Source: Octopus sinensis (lineage: Eukaryota). Taken from it: a stretch of DNA of 64,000 nucleotides. Below, one piece after another: positions 1-12,688 of the stretch (position 1 is the first letter of the stretch; the number at the start of each line of letters is the position of its first letter). The notes beneath the pieces were generated by a model. That model was not told the DNA's origin. It saw only the letters and a list, made by a program, of their open reading frames with translations, and made no database searches. The position numbers and the translations under genes are program-made. The stretch lies in assembly GCF_006345805.1 (NCBI RefSeq), contig NC_042999.1:123938001-124002000 (forward strand). The letters are read 5' to 3'.

Positions 1-164
1 TATTTTTGTAAGTGTATTATAAAGTATTATGTCGTTTTAACACACCTATATCAGTTTAGAAGTACTTACTTGTGTATTCAGCCAACTAACTACTGAAATA
101 TTTACTTTTTCCCCCCAAGGTAATTATGGCATCCTGTGGTTAAGAAAAATCAGTGAGTCAATCA

Positions 165-1670
165 TACATCGAATTTGGTTTCACTTGGATAAAAAAAAAA
201 AAAAAAAACCATAAAGATTTCCCACAATGTGTTCTGTGTCATAAAGTTCTATCAAATCATTCAATGAAGCCAAGCTTTCTGAAATGGCATTTCTTTGAAT
301 GCAAAGAAAGAATTGGAAAAAAAAATTAGAAACCTTACACAATCACTAAAACTTTGATCTTGCCTTGCTGCAAAGATATTGTTTACCATATGTTGGTAGA
401 AAACGCTGCAAAGAAACCGAATACCCTGCCACTGTTAAATGATATGGATATCTGAAGGATATCTAGCATGTCAGATGATATAAAAATGAAAGGTAATTTC
501 AGAAATTTAAGAGGATCTGCTAGATATCTTTATTATTCAACTTGATAACTTCATAGATATGGCATCTGATACTCAGCTGCTTTTATGTACAAGATATGTA
601 AATGATGCACATTTACAAAAAGAATTCCTGATTTTCCAAATCTTGAAGAGTATAACAGAGAGAGAAAAATCATAAAGGTAGTTGTATCTAGTCATTTTAC
701 AAAAGGAGGTCTTTTTTGGAAAATGGTAATTGGTAGCACAATTAGGAGAACACCTGAAATGCTGGATTATAAACATGCTTAACTGAGTAAGAGTGCTATG
801 TATTAAGAACAAACACTGATTCAAAGTAATTGCTTATGTGAGAAGACACTACTTCCAGCTCCCAAACCTATTCTTGATGTCGTTGTAAGATGAATTTTGT
901 CATTTCTAGTTTTCTGAGTACAATGATTCTATGTTAACTATGTCAAGAATTAAATGCTGAGGTATAACCATTTTCATTTAACATAGGCATTAGATGGCTT
1001 TGAAGAAACAATATTTTGACTCAAGTTACAGTGTCGGAAGAAGAACCAAAAGAATTCTCTTCAAGATGCTGAAAAGATAAACCAATCAAGTTTATAGGTA
1101 AATTACCTGACAATAAACTAGTGGTGGGCCCATGCTAACCTGCCTAAATAACATTTTCTTCTGACCCAAGGTAATCTAGTAACACTTATAGATTTTGTTG
1201 ATAAATTAGAAGTCATTGAATGAAACTTTAGTGGTGGAATGAAAAACTAAATATAGGTTGTTATGATGTTTTTGAGAATATGGCTGAATGTCCTCTACTA
1301 GAGAAAAGGACATCAATGAAATCATTGTGTTAGCTCAGAAGCATTTTCTTTCACTGTATGATTAATTGGATTCCTATTTTCTTGGTATTAGTTTCTATGG
1401 TCAAAGATCTTGAAGCTTCTTCACTAATAAAATTTAGACGTCCCAATATTACTTATTTGTACCTAAAAAGATATGTGGAGAGATTTTCTCAGTTTCCTTC
1501 CATTTACAACTATGAACAAGATTTTTGTGGTAATATATATAATGAATGAAAAGCAAATTTGGTGAGTGACTGTCATTTGAAAATGATATGCAGATGTGTC
1601 TCTCTGAAACTTTTTTCTAAAATTGAGTTACTTGCTGGAAAGAGTCAAGCTTGTCTACCCCATCAAAACT
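165..1670 (+). mobile_element. Degraded hAT (Buster/ZBED5-like) transposase relic
   Basis: Broken frames translate to YIEFGFTW, PQCVLCHKVLSNHSMKPS, LPCCKDIV, F.IQLD, QLLLCTRYV and a C-terminal KIELLAGKSQA..PH. These match Buster/Charlie-type hAT transposases. Many stops and frameshifts. Confidence 0.75.
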
Positions 1671-2147
1671 TTAACATTAAATTAAATTAAACTACCATCA
1701 ACTAATACTTATCTATCATCAGTTCTATGATATCCATGCATTTTAAGCTATATTCTTCACAACTCTGTCAGAGTTAATAGGCATTTACATTTTATTGAAT
1801 TCAGTTCAAGGCCTGACAGCATTGAGTTCAGATCTTGTCAGGGTTGAATTAGTATTTCACCACATTCACTGCTGATTGAAGAAACAAGTAGTATTAAAAT
1901 TCACAGATTACTCCAGATTCAGTTGCCATGCATAATTTTAGATACTGCTTCCAAGCAGAAACCATAGTTGGGCAACTGAGATAATAAGCTAGGACATAAC
2001 TTCACAGTTGATACTTGTGAATAATATGGTTACAGCCAATACTTCAGCTGTTAAAATCTCATCTTCATTCAAGGAAGTATCTTTCTTTCTTTAATTGATA
2101 AATTAATTACCAGATTTACTACAAAATGTTTGGTCATATGACAGTGT

Positions 2148-2440
2148 GAGGGCATGTGTCCGAGTGGCTAATGTGCTGCATTAACAATTGAGTAATCATG
2201 AGGTCAGTTGCCAAACTGGACAGGGTTGTGGAGAAAAACACTCCATCTCACATTGCTCTGAGATTACTTGATTACTTGATGTGTGGCACATTGTGCACCT
2301 GTTCAGGTAATGTCAATTATATGGAGGGCTTGAACTAATGTACAACATATACATTCAACCACTATAAACAAATCATCTGTGCTTGGTGTTCAGTAAGAAA
2401 TTACAGAACCATCTTTCTCTGACTTAAGAGACTACCATTA
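2148..2440 (+). mobile_element. Degenerate tRNA-derived SINE
   Basis: Diverged copy of the family at 17930 and 40826, with a tRNA-like head (GTCCGAGTGGCTAATGTG). Confidence 0.5.
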
Positions 2441-3669
2441 CATGACAAATTAACTGGATGGTTTGAGCCTTTGAACATAAATTGTGTTCTAAGTCTCCCA
2501 GTAAATAGAAAAATAACAAAAAAAAAAAGAAAAATAACATCCATGAAAAGATGAATCTACTTAGTAATGTTAAATGTAGAATAATCTTTAGTTCCATGAA
2601 TAAACACCTTTGAATATTGATTGATATTTGACAATATAAGAAGGAATTTGAGACAGAAAAGACCTAAAGACCCATTTCCATGTCACCTATTACACAAAAG
2701 AGCAGAACCATATTTTAATTGGTTCCAAAGTTGCCTAACAAGCAATAGATTTATAGTTTACGTTTTACTAATGCTTTTCTGTTTCCAATTAGTTATAATA
2801 TATAAGATTATTAGTAATATATAAAATCATATATCAAAATCTTAGCAGATGATTCATCAATATTGACTGACTAGATAGATGCAAAGTTGTAAGATACAAA
2901 GTTGTAAGTTGGCAAAAGCAGTGAATTGGCAAAATTGGCAAACAAATAGCCATTAGAGAATCATGTTGAATGCCTTGTGGTATTTCTTCAGACTCTCTGT
3001 GTTATGAGTTTAAATAACATCAAGGTCAAGTTTTATCTTTCATCTTCTTGGGGTGGATAAATAAACTACCAATCTGAAGTGATTGACTGACAGAATTGTT
3101 AGAGAATTGGGGTGAGATGAAACGAAGTATTTGTTTCCTGACATTGTGAGTTCAAATTTTGCTACCTAATAACAGCTTTCCTATGTCTTTCAAGTCTCAG
3201 GGATGTAGTTTTAGATGATACAATGCTTCAACTGGAATGACATTTCAGTCACATCAATAATAAAATGAGTGAACCCAGGACAAAGTAGGTTAAACCATAA
3301 AAGTAAAAAGTTAAAATCTGTCATTTATGTTAAAGTCTTTGATGTTAATTAATGAATATTAATTGATTGTATAAGATCCATATAGTGATGGGAAATGGGA
3401 TGATGTAAAGTTCATTACTTTCTCTTAGGCCTCAGCAGTATGAAGTGAAATGACTTGAACAACTAAACAAAATTAGGTTGGGAATTCAGATGAACAGAAT
3501 CTTTCATTGAACAACAAGCACAGATGTTTTATTTACAATGATCAAATGTTTGTACTGTACATCAGCTCACACCCTCCATCGAATCAACTTTACCTGTGCA
3601 GGCATATGGTGTTCTATACATCAGATTTATAATGATTGTAGTCACCAAATTAATATTACGACAATATAT

Positions 3670-3870
3670 ATTAGTTTCAAATTTTGGCACAGAGCCAACA
3701 AGTTCAGCGAATGGAGGTAAGTCTATTACATCAATCCCAGTGCTCAACTAGTACTTATTTTATCAATTCCAAAAGGATGAAAGGCAAAGTCAACCTTGGC
3801 AGAATTTGAAATCAGATCATAAAGATGAACAAAATGCCGTTAAGCATTTTGTTCAGTGTGCTAATGATTC
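3670..3870 (+). mobile_element. SINE 3' module (GGTACTTATTTTATC...GAAAGGATGAAAGGCAAAGTC family)
   Basis: The same module recurs at about 18715, 30450, 31020 and 37680. Confidence 0.55.
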
Positions 3871-4639
3871 TGTCAGCTTGCTGCCTTATTTTTACTATAT
3901 ATATTGTTATCTCTTGTTTCTACAATGGTTATATCTTAAAATTTAATCAACAGTCTGGGGAGAGTCATTCTCTTTTAGTGCCTTATTATTTAACACACTC
4001 ACCGGTAAAATTTCCACTTATTTCTTATTTTTATTTTCTAAAATTTTTGTTGCGTCTTGAAACCTTTTCAATAGTCTTGACTCTCAATAATAAGGCACTA
4101 AAAGAGAATGACTCTCCCCAGACACAACAGAATATGCTTCAACACACGAACTCATATAAAGAATCTTGCAAACCAAATCCAAAAACGAAATATTAATCAA
4201 CAGTGTTTGTAAAATAACGTAATTTTGTGTGCCACGATGTGATAGAAGCCCTGGCATTTTTGATAAACTTTACTCTTTGAAAAAATTATAAGTTTATGAA
4301 AGAGCGTTAAATGAGGTTAATGAATGTAAGGCAAAGGAGGAGAAAAGTGAGATAATAAGGCATAGAGTAATTAGGAGGTCAGAGAAAATGGAAGAAAAGG
4401 AGAGGAAAGATGCAAGGTAATAAGTTTTAAAGGATCTCTTAACTACAAATATACATGAACCTTAACACACGTGTATATATACATTTAAACAACACTTTTA
4501 TTGCTTAGTCATAAAAGGAAGAACAATACCAATGACTTTTAGTGGATTGACGAAAGAAAGGAAGGAAATTATTCTCAAACTGGTAACCTGAACTAAATGC
4601 TTGTAATGGAGTGAACTACATTAAATGCACCCAAGGTCC

Positions 4640-4990
4640 AAGATTCTACAAATGGTGGGCCTTGTCAATACAGAGGATCTCACCTGAATATACTCACAAC
4701 CACAACATAGCAAAGACTGACCTTCCACTTCAATGACAAAAAGTACTTCACTCTTCAACGACTGCTAACACTCTACAAACCTCAAGACATACAATGGTGT
4801 ATTGCTCCTTAATTTGGAATGCGGATGCTACAGCTACATGCATTTTAGACTATATCCAAAGGAAAGTAATTTAACTGATTGGCATGAAGTCGTATTCACC
4901 ACCACATCTCAATCTCTGGTCCATAGGCTTTTCTTCTCTCTCTCTCTCAACCTTCTATATCAAGTGGCCTCTGCTTTGTGAGTTGGATGG
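4640..4990 (+). mobile_element. CR1/L2-like LINE relic (C-terminal part of ORF2)
   Basis: Degenerate TLYKPQ...CS.IWNA...ILDYIQRK resembles the LYKxQIRPxMEYCSxIW motif of CR1/L2 LINEs. Confidence 0.6.
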
Positions 4991-5486
4991 TCTCCTATCA
5001 CCTCAATTAATACATTTACAACTCACTTACCTCCCCCTTATTTTGTTACCCATATCATTTCCACCTTTCCCAGTCTTTCCCCCATAAAATGTTCTATAAT
5101 TTCTTCCCTGAGCAATTTTTTTTCTTGTTTTTTTGTCTACTTTCATTGACTTGTGATAATTCAAGAAGTATGTTAATCACATTGAGTTCCTCTTTGTCAG
5201 AGGACCTATGGAGACAATGAGCACAGCACCTTTATTTAGATCAAGCCGATAAAAAAAATAGCTACATTTTGAATTAGAATTTCTGTAAACTTGGCAAACA
5301 AAAATTGCTTTACCCATGGGAAACAAATTTCATATCAATGGCATTATGCTGATTAAAAAACTAAAATCTTGTTGTTGTAGGAAATTTTACTAAGTGATTT
5401 GTATTTTACACAAAATCTAGACATGATACAAAAAATCTAATTTCAGGTTTGAAATCAAGATACTAAAATTAATTAGGAACACCTTT

Positions 5487-5711
5487 TTAGTCTTCCATAA
5501 CAAAATCTTTGTTGCTTAGTGTAGTTGATGTTGTTATATTAAATCCACCTCCAAGACTAAGAACAGCCCCTCTGACAGACTCTCCACACAGTTTCTCTCT
5601 ATCATTGAATATTGGTAGACCTAGGGTTATAGTAGAATACAGTTGTCTAAGATGCTGCACACTAGAATTGGATCCAAAACCATGGAGGTGCACAGTAAAC
5701 ATCTTAATCAC
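5487..5711 (-). CDS. Candidate terminal coding exon of an unidentified gene
   Basis: Acceptor ctcttgttagtcag| is followed by a non-repetitive open frame VIKMFTVHLHGFGSNSSVQHLRQLYSTITLGLP...FVMED*. Phase 0, compatible with the exon at 6410-6445. No homology recognised. Confidence 0.35.
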   Translation of the reverse strand: MIKMFTVHLHGFGSNSSVQHLRQLYSTITLGLPIFNDREKLCGESVRGAVLSLGGGFNITTSTTLSNKDFVMED

Positions 5712-5802
5712 CTGACTAACAAGAGATGGTTATGAAACAGGAAATAGTTGATGTTAGTCCATGACACAACCACTGACGTAGTTGCGTATGCACAAACATA
5801 GG

Positions 5803-6170
5803 CAGGCATGGCTGTGTGGAAATAAGCTTGCTTCCCTACCTCATGGTTGTAGGTTCAGTCCCGCTGCCTGGCACCTTGCACAAATGTCTTCTACTATATA
5901 GCTTTCGACCAATCAAAGCCTTGAGTGGATTTGGTGCATGGAAACTGAACAAAATCCTATTGTATATGTGTGTGTGTGTTTGTGTCTGCCCCCCGCCACC
6001 ACCACCACCACTTGACAACCAGTGTTGGTGTGTTTATGTCACTGTTATTCAGGGGTTCTGCAAAAGGGACTGACAGAATAAGTAATAAGGTCAATCCATT
6101 CAATTAAAAATTCTTCTATGCAGACCCCTAGCATGGCTGCAATCTAATGACTGAAAGAAGTAAAAAAGGA
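5803..6170 (+). mobile_element. tRNA-derived SINE (family with internal microsatellite)
   Basis: Head GGCATGGCTGTGTGG...GGTTCAGTCCC, internal (TG)n, conserved body. Homologous to copies at 24408, 25052, 49853 and 50497. Confidence 0.85.
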
Positions 6171-6409
6171 AAAAAAAAAACACAGACATACACACATATG
6201 CATAAACATACACTGGAGCATGCACAAACAATATAAGAAATATATAAGGGAGAAATAATTAAGGAAAAAGAGAGAAAAATAAAGCTTGATTCAGGGTAGA
6301 GTTAGGGAATAAGAAACATAAAGGAGAATCTCTGAGGGAGACAATCGCCGGTTGTTGACATAGAGTAATGAAGTCTTTTGCTCCTCCATTTTCTAGAGAG
6401 GCTACTCAC

Positions 6410-6445
6410 CAGAGAAGCTACAATGGGATCTGACACAAAAATCAG
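6410..6445 (-). CDS. Candidate 36-nt internal exon (LIFVSDPIVASL)
   Basis: On the minus strand: ttcatattgacag|CTGATT...TCTCTG|gtgagt. Canonical splice sites, open in phase 0-0. Confidence 0.4.
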
Positions 6446-6663
6446 CTGTCAATATGAATTTCTTTTAATTAGGTTCAGAGTCAAATTTTTTTTAGTAAGA
6501 TACCAGCAATAGAAACGACCTCAGTATATTACTGGTACTTAGTTCAGGAACTCCAAGAGAGTAAGTTAGAATTATATCAGGCTGAGATTTGAATTTAAAA
6601 AAAAAATAATATGGCTAAATAATGTAAAGCAGCTTTTAGTCTATCTACTGTGCCAATATTTCT

Positions 6664-6696
<33 letters not shown>

Positions 6697-7390
6697 CTGT
6701 ACACACACACATATATATATATATACTATATATATGGATAGATAGATAGAAGTGATTATATATATATCCATATGTAAGTATGTATATATATACACACATA
6801 CGTGTGTGTTTACATATGTATATATATGTATGTATATATCAAAAGGATGTGTTATAACATATACAAAAACAGTCATAGCAACAATCCAACATACCACCAT
6901 CATCAGCTGCCCCATGGATATCATAATGGTTTTGACACCTGGGCAGTACCATTTAATAGAGCAGTGTCAACAGCACTAAAAGAAGTGCAGTTTGGGAACA
7001 AACATACCAAAAAACAAAACACAACTTTCAAACACATTTACCCTATGAACAACAGTATTCAATCATATATAGGTATGATTAAACCCTAACTTTAAAATTA
7101 AACTACAACAAGAAACACATAAATCTATGTACATCTGTATTGGTATTAATAGTGAACTTACAATAACTAAATTATATACTAAATAGTGACCAATCTTTAA
7201 TTCTATACAAATAATAATCCCACCAGTCTTCTATACTTACTATTATAATAACAGAAAGTGGAAGCTTTATTTCAATTCTCTCCAAAACAAAAACACAATT
7301 GAATTTAATGAATAATATAATAATTATGAGTGAAATACATTTTTTCATAATTCAAAAGTTAATAATAAAAAGACTACATACTCCCTTAAA

Positions 7391-8564
7391 GATCTATTCC
7401 ATCTTAATTACAGATTTTTTCATTAATCTTTTTTTTAACTAAACAGTTTGAAACTGGTGGAATTTCTCACACAGAACACGGTTTACTTTGAACGTTTTGG
7501 ACAAAATTTCATATTTTAGAAGTTATTTCATGTTAAAGTTGTCATATTTGGTTGAAGAAAGCCACTGCCGTTTATGATAGTAATCAAAGAGGAACAACTT
7601 TCGGGTCATATCCACATAATGTCACCACTCTGTTCGAAGAATCAACATTGTTGACATATATGTAGTTTCAAAATGCCTTATTTTACGGCTATGAGATGTA
7701 TTGTTATTGTCGTGATTTTATCTTACTATAATCAAGAACAAACACATTTCATCAATATAAATGTCTTTATTTGATAAAAAATAACATAATCACAACATGA
7801 AGGTAAAACAAAACAAATAGCAGCTTATACACCGGAAAATACGGTAATTGCAGTAACAACGGCAAGTTCATCCGCTGGTTGCTAGTTGATAGTGTAGAAG
7901 GGAGGGAAAGGGTTAGAAATACACAGTGCTGACTAGAAAGGAAGAAAGGATAAATGTGACATCGTACTTGCTGTAAGAATAGAACAGAGTGGTGATATTT
8001 AGTAAAGATGACCTGGAAGTTGTTCCTCTTTGATTATTATTGCAAACAGCAGTAGCTTTCTTCAACCGAATATACGTCATTGATTGGTTGAAATTACCCA
8101 AATACGACAACTTTAACACAAAATAACTTCTAAAATACGAAATTTGGATCTTTTCCTTTTGAACGGCAGTTTTCAACACAATTTCTAGTTAACTAAACCC
8201 TTTTAAACTTCGTATACTGGTAGAATGTGTCAAAATAAAACATTTTTTTCTCTTGGCTTTCTTGAGAAAATTGTAATTTGTAAGTTTAGCGTAGTTTAAT
8301 TTTTCGAATTTTAACCAATCCTATGGCCTCTATTGTGCTAAAATCATTTGCTGCGTCTAAAACAGATAACATCCTGTCACTAACCCTAACCCTAAATTTT
8401 AGCTTTCGTTTTTTTTTTTGTTAAGGAAAAGTTCCCGAAATTTTGTCCAAAACGTTCAGAGTAAACCATGTTCTACGTGAGAATTCTACCAGTATTCGAC
8501 ATTTCAAACTGTTTAGTTTTAAAAAAAATGAATTAAAAAATCTCTGACTGAGATGGAATAGATC
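7391..8564. mobile_element. Non-autonomous element with long terminal inverted repeats (foldback-like)
   Basis: 7391-7510 is the reverse complement of about 8438-8564, and 7505-7600 of about 8017-8145. No transposase recognised. Confidence 0.7.
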
Positions 8565-9029
8565 CTACTCATAATATATAATACCCTTACAAGCAATAAT
8601 GTAAACTTAGCAGTAACTAATAAAAACAATACATTTATAAATAGGAACTAATAAAAGTGTACTTGTAATTAACTATTATCATAAAACTTGGCTACGATTA
8701 AAGCTAACTTAAAATTTTTTTAAAAGATAATAAAACTACAATGTATTAACACTTACATGTTTTTCGAACCACATGGTTCATCACTCGCAGAGCTTAAAAG
8801 ATTATCTTAACTATAGATGACGTAGTATGTAATTACTACTTCTTCAATTGTCTCAAACAATATTGGTGACATAATAAGCAAAAAACTTGAATCGTAAACA
8901 TTCCAAATCTTTACAGATATTTGAAATATCATATCTATACCCTTGTTTTATTAAATGTCTTAACAGTTAATTTATTCTATACAAAAATTTATTAGCATTA
9001 TTAATAATAGCATTATATCTGACTATTTG

Positions 9030-9076
<47 letters not shown>

Positions 9077-9365
9077 GCTCGTAGCTTAGTTTTGCCTGGG
9101 GGCTGGCCGGATCGGAGCGATCTCAAGATTAATCATCCGAAATTGCGAGGATGATCCGGTTCTTGACTGAAGATTGAAGGCTTCGAATGTCCCGTCCGTG
9201 TTTTTTGTATCGTTTTCTAAATGTTTTACGTTCTTGTCCCAGTTTTTATTTTTCTACATATAATATATATATATATGTATGTATATATATATAAAACTTA
9301 CTTGGAAAAGGATGCGTGGCGTTCGATCATATAATAATATAAATAATATAAATAATATATAAATA

Positions 9366-10629
9366 TATGCGAAGCAAAATTTACAATGAACGTTAAGTTG
9401 TTTTTTCTCAGTAGGTACTAAGTCAATTGTTTTGAAACCTAATATATATTGATGTCATAATCATACCCAACACTATTATCCTAACCTTTTCAGAACCTTT
9501 TGTCCATATGAGTAATCAGGAAAGCAAACATCAAAGAGTGTGTGATTTTCTGAATGTACTTGTCACACCAAAGGAGATTTCAAAAATAGTTGGAGTGTCC
9601 ATAAAGACTGTTTATAATGTAAAGAATAGTATGACTATGAGCAAAACTATTACGAAGAGGTCTGGAAGTGGAGGAATCAACAAAAAACGCACCAAAGTTT
9701 TATTAAAGCTCTCAAATCCAAAATCCTAAGGGATCCAACAAAATCCATGAGAAAAATGGTAATTGAACTTTATGTAGACAACAAGACCATTAGAAATGCC
9801 GTAAAATATGATTTGAGGTTAAAATCTTACACAATAACATCAAAACACTTGTTGACAACAGCTATGAAGGAAAAGCGATAGGAAAGGTGCAAGAAAATTA
9901 TTACATGGTTCAAGAAAAAGTCCTCCATTTTAACGATCTTTTCAGATGCAAAGATCTTCACTGTCGATGCTGTTCTGAACTGCAGAAATGACAGATTTAT
10001 CGCAAAATCAACAGTTGAGGTTAAGGGGACATTCAAAACAAAACATCCTGCTCAAGTTATGGCTTTTGGTGTTGTGGCTTCAGATGGAAAGAAAATGCCT
10101 ATAAAATTCTACAAAGCTGATTGAACAGATCAATGTTAATACTTACTACAAGACTCTAAGATACCAGGTATTGCCATGGCTTAAAGCAAACTACCCAGAT
10201 GGTAATTATGTATGGACACAGCTAGAAAGATTCTAAATTTCTGCAAATCCAACTTTAGCAATTTTTTAGAATCATGTTTATGGCCGCCTTCTAGCCCAGA
10301 TCTAAACCCTTTGGATTATGCTATTTGGGGCGTTTTAGAACATGCTACCAATAGAACATCACACAGCAATGTCGACTCTCTTAAAGATACTATTAAAGAA
10401 GAATGGGAGAAGTAGTCTCTCGAATATTTGAGGAATGCCTACACAAGTTTCAGCAAGTGTGTGAAGGCAGTTATTGAGAAAGAAGGAGGACACATAGAAT
10501 AAAAATATTTTCTATTATGTAAATTTTCTTGTGGCAAATAAATTTTCATGACTTTCAATAAACTAATTGGTCATACACTGTCTTTCAATCCCTGCCCCAA
10601 AATATTGTAAATTTTGCTTCCCCACCATA
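9366..10629 (+). mobile_element. Tc1/mariner superfamily, maT (DD37D)-type transposon, inactive
   Basis: A 17-bp inverted match GAAGCAAAATTTACAAT (9371-9387 / 10604-10620) with TA ends. Frames give an N-terminal HTH, IFSDAKIFTVD, and WPPSSPDLNPLDYAIW. Frameshifts, stops and a lost second Asp motif. Confidence 0.88.
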
Positions 10630-10859
10630 TATGTACATACCTACATCTATATGTATATATACATGCATAAAAAAACGTTGAACACAATGAGAAACGAAAA
10701 CATAAAAATAAAAACAAGGAAACGAACTATTTTACAAACAAAAAAAAACAGAGTACAAGGCATACAACAAAAGGAATATTCCCCTTCTTCAGTTGTCCCT
10801 GTTTCGTCTACTTCGCATTTCGAAATATATATATATATATATATATGAAAAGAGAAAAA

Positions 10860-11450
10860 AAAGAAGAGAAAGATAAACAAAAGTGACTAGTCTTTGAACG
10901 TCCATGAAGGTAAAGAAAGATAGTCACATGAGTAAAGGAAAGATGGACGATGGTCATGTGTAAACATTCTGGAGTTAAGGATGTTCCCCAGGTCGAGGGA
11001 GTCCTTTAGTATCCTCACCCATTCAGCTATGCTGTCACTGCTGTTATAATTATCATTGCCAATGTTTCTGCAGCTATTTCTGTTAGGGATACTGCCATTC
11101 CTGTTCTTGATGTTGTTATTGTTGTTATCGCGAGTGATGGTGCCACCACTAATTCTGTTCATGTATCTGCTGCTGCTACTATTGGTACTGTAGTAGCCGT
11201 TGGGGGAGCTGCTGATGTTGTTGCTGCTATTAGGCCTGGTTAGTACCTCAGCTTCATAGAGGCTTTGGTTTCACAATGGTCTCCCTTTGGGCATCTGTTG
11301 CAGTCCCTGCATGAGCATCCCACTGCTGTTCATGGCCTAGAGGTGCGAACTAGAATGCTCTTAATATTGGAGGCACAGCTAAATAAGACCCTAAGGTTGT
11401 GCCTGTTGAAATTGTGTTCATACCTATGTGAACCCGTGAAATGTTTATCT
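10860..11450 (-). mobile_element. Penelope-like element relic
   Basis: The minus strand of about 11240-11450 reads FNRHNLRVLFSCASNIKSIL...CSCRDCNRCPKGDHC, like the Cys-rich RT-EN linker of Penelope-like elements. Degraded. Confidence 0.55.
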
Positions 11451-11465
11451 ATTAGCTTTTATATA

Positions 11466-11508
<43 letters not shown>

Positions 11509-11601
11509 TAATCCAAACAAGAAAGCACAAAAAAACACAACGTGAGGACATGGAACAAATATAGTATTATTGGACGCTCAGGAAAGAAGGAAAGAAGGAG
11601 G

Positions 11602-11636
11602 GTTTAACGTTTCGAGCGGAGCTCTTCGTCGGAAAC
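11602..11636 (-). ncRNA. Minimal type I hammerhead-like motif (U4C variant)
   Basis: GTTT-CCGACGA-A-GAGC(TCC)GCTC-GAAAC-GTT-AAAC: 4-bp stem I, 4-bp stem II, palindromic ACGU stem III. It lies upstream of, and on the same strand as, the Penelope-like relic. Confidence 0.5.
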
Positions 11637-12649
11637 ATAGGAGAAGGAAAGATCAAGAGAAGGGAAGACAGAGGAAAAAAAATCGCCAACAGTACACACG
11701 AGGTCACAAGAGGTCACATATATATATGTATATATATATATATATATGTATTTATGTTTGGATATACATACACACATCTATATGTATACATGTGTGTGTG
11801 TGTATGTATGTATGTATGTATGTATGTATGTATATTTATATATGTTGTATATACATGATGATTAATACTATTTCTAACAGTCTATAAAAAAAAATCATAT
11901 TTTCTCATCTCTCCTGGTATTTATTTGATTTTTGTAAATATTTTCAGTAGTTCCACTCCTTAATATCAGCTCATTAAGATCACTAGAGGATTAGAAGAGA
12001 ATATAAATTCATGCCAATTTTAAACATAGCAAAATTATCGATAAGTAATTAAAAACATATAAACAATGATATCAGAGCAAATTATGTGCTGCAAATTTTG
12101 CAGTGTTTCACATGAAATGGGACATCTGTTGAGGGAAAAAAGACTATCAAATAAAAATGAATGACAGACATTATCCTGCAGTCAGAAGTTAATACCACAA
12201 ATATTCAATAGATGTTTGCAATTATCTCTTGTGCTTATCACATTTTTTTATACATATATAACAATCATAGTAGATAGGTAACTATTTTCTTTTGCTTCTT
12301 TTTTTTCCTTCTATTTGAGGTTAGACTAAATCATAAAATATTTAAAGGAAGTAACAGCTGAAACTGATTTACATAACATTGAAATAAAATTTACATTTGA
12401 AGTTTTGAAGTTAGTAGTAAAAGGTAACAGTAAGAAGCACAATTCTCTTGGCCTGATTAATTGATAGCAGTGAACGATGCAGTGAACAAGATTTGAAACA
12501 GTTAAGAGGAGCTAATCAATAAAATCTTTCAAATTCTGCTTCAAAGTAAACGGTATGTGTAGCCTTTTAGCCTTATACTCAAAACATAATCTCTAAAGTG
12601 AACTGCCAATTGTAATCCCATTTGAAATATCTTGTTTCTTCTTTTTCAG

Positions 12650-12688
12650 TTGTGTGCGAAAAATTGATAATCTATAGTCTATTATATT
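12650..12688 (+). other. Candidate 39-nt exon
   Basis: cttgtttcttctttttcag|...|gtaagt, open in phase 1-1 (VCEKLIIYSLLY). Supported by splice signals only. Confidence 0.2.

Noticed and set aside
3825-4196. 123-aa hydrophobic ORF
   Set aside because: It begins inside a SINE module and continues through T-rich low-complexity sequence.
8376-8395. TAACCC/TTAGGG telomere-like repeats (also about 31969-31980)
   Set aside because: Only about 2 units each, too short to indicate an interstitial telomere.
8752-8786. Minus-strand GTGATGAACCATGTGGTTCGAAAAACATGTA hammerhead-like string
   Set aside because: G at position 3, two extra As and no stem I. At best a dead remnant.
9168-9200. CTGAAGA...TTCGAATGTC hammerhead-like string
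   Set aside because: Lacks GAAA-A15.1 and has no stem I pairing.
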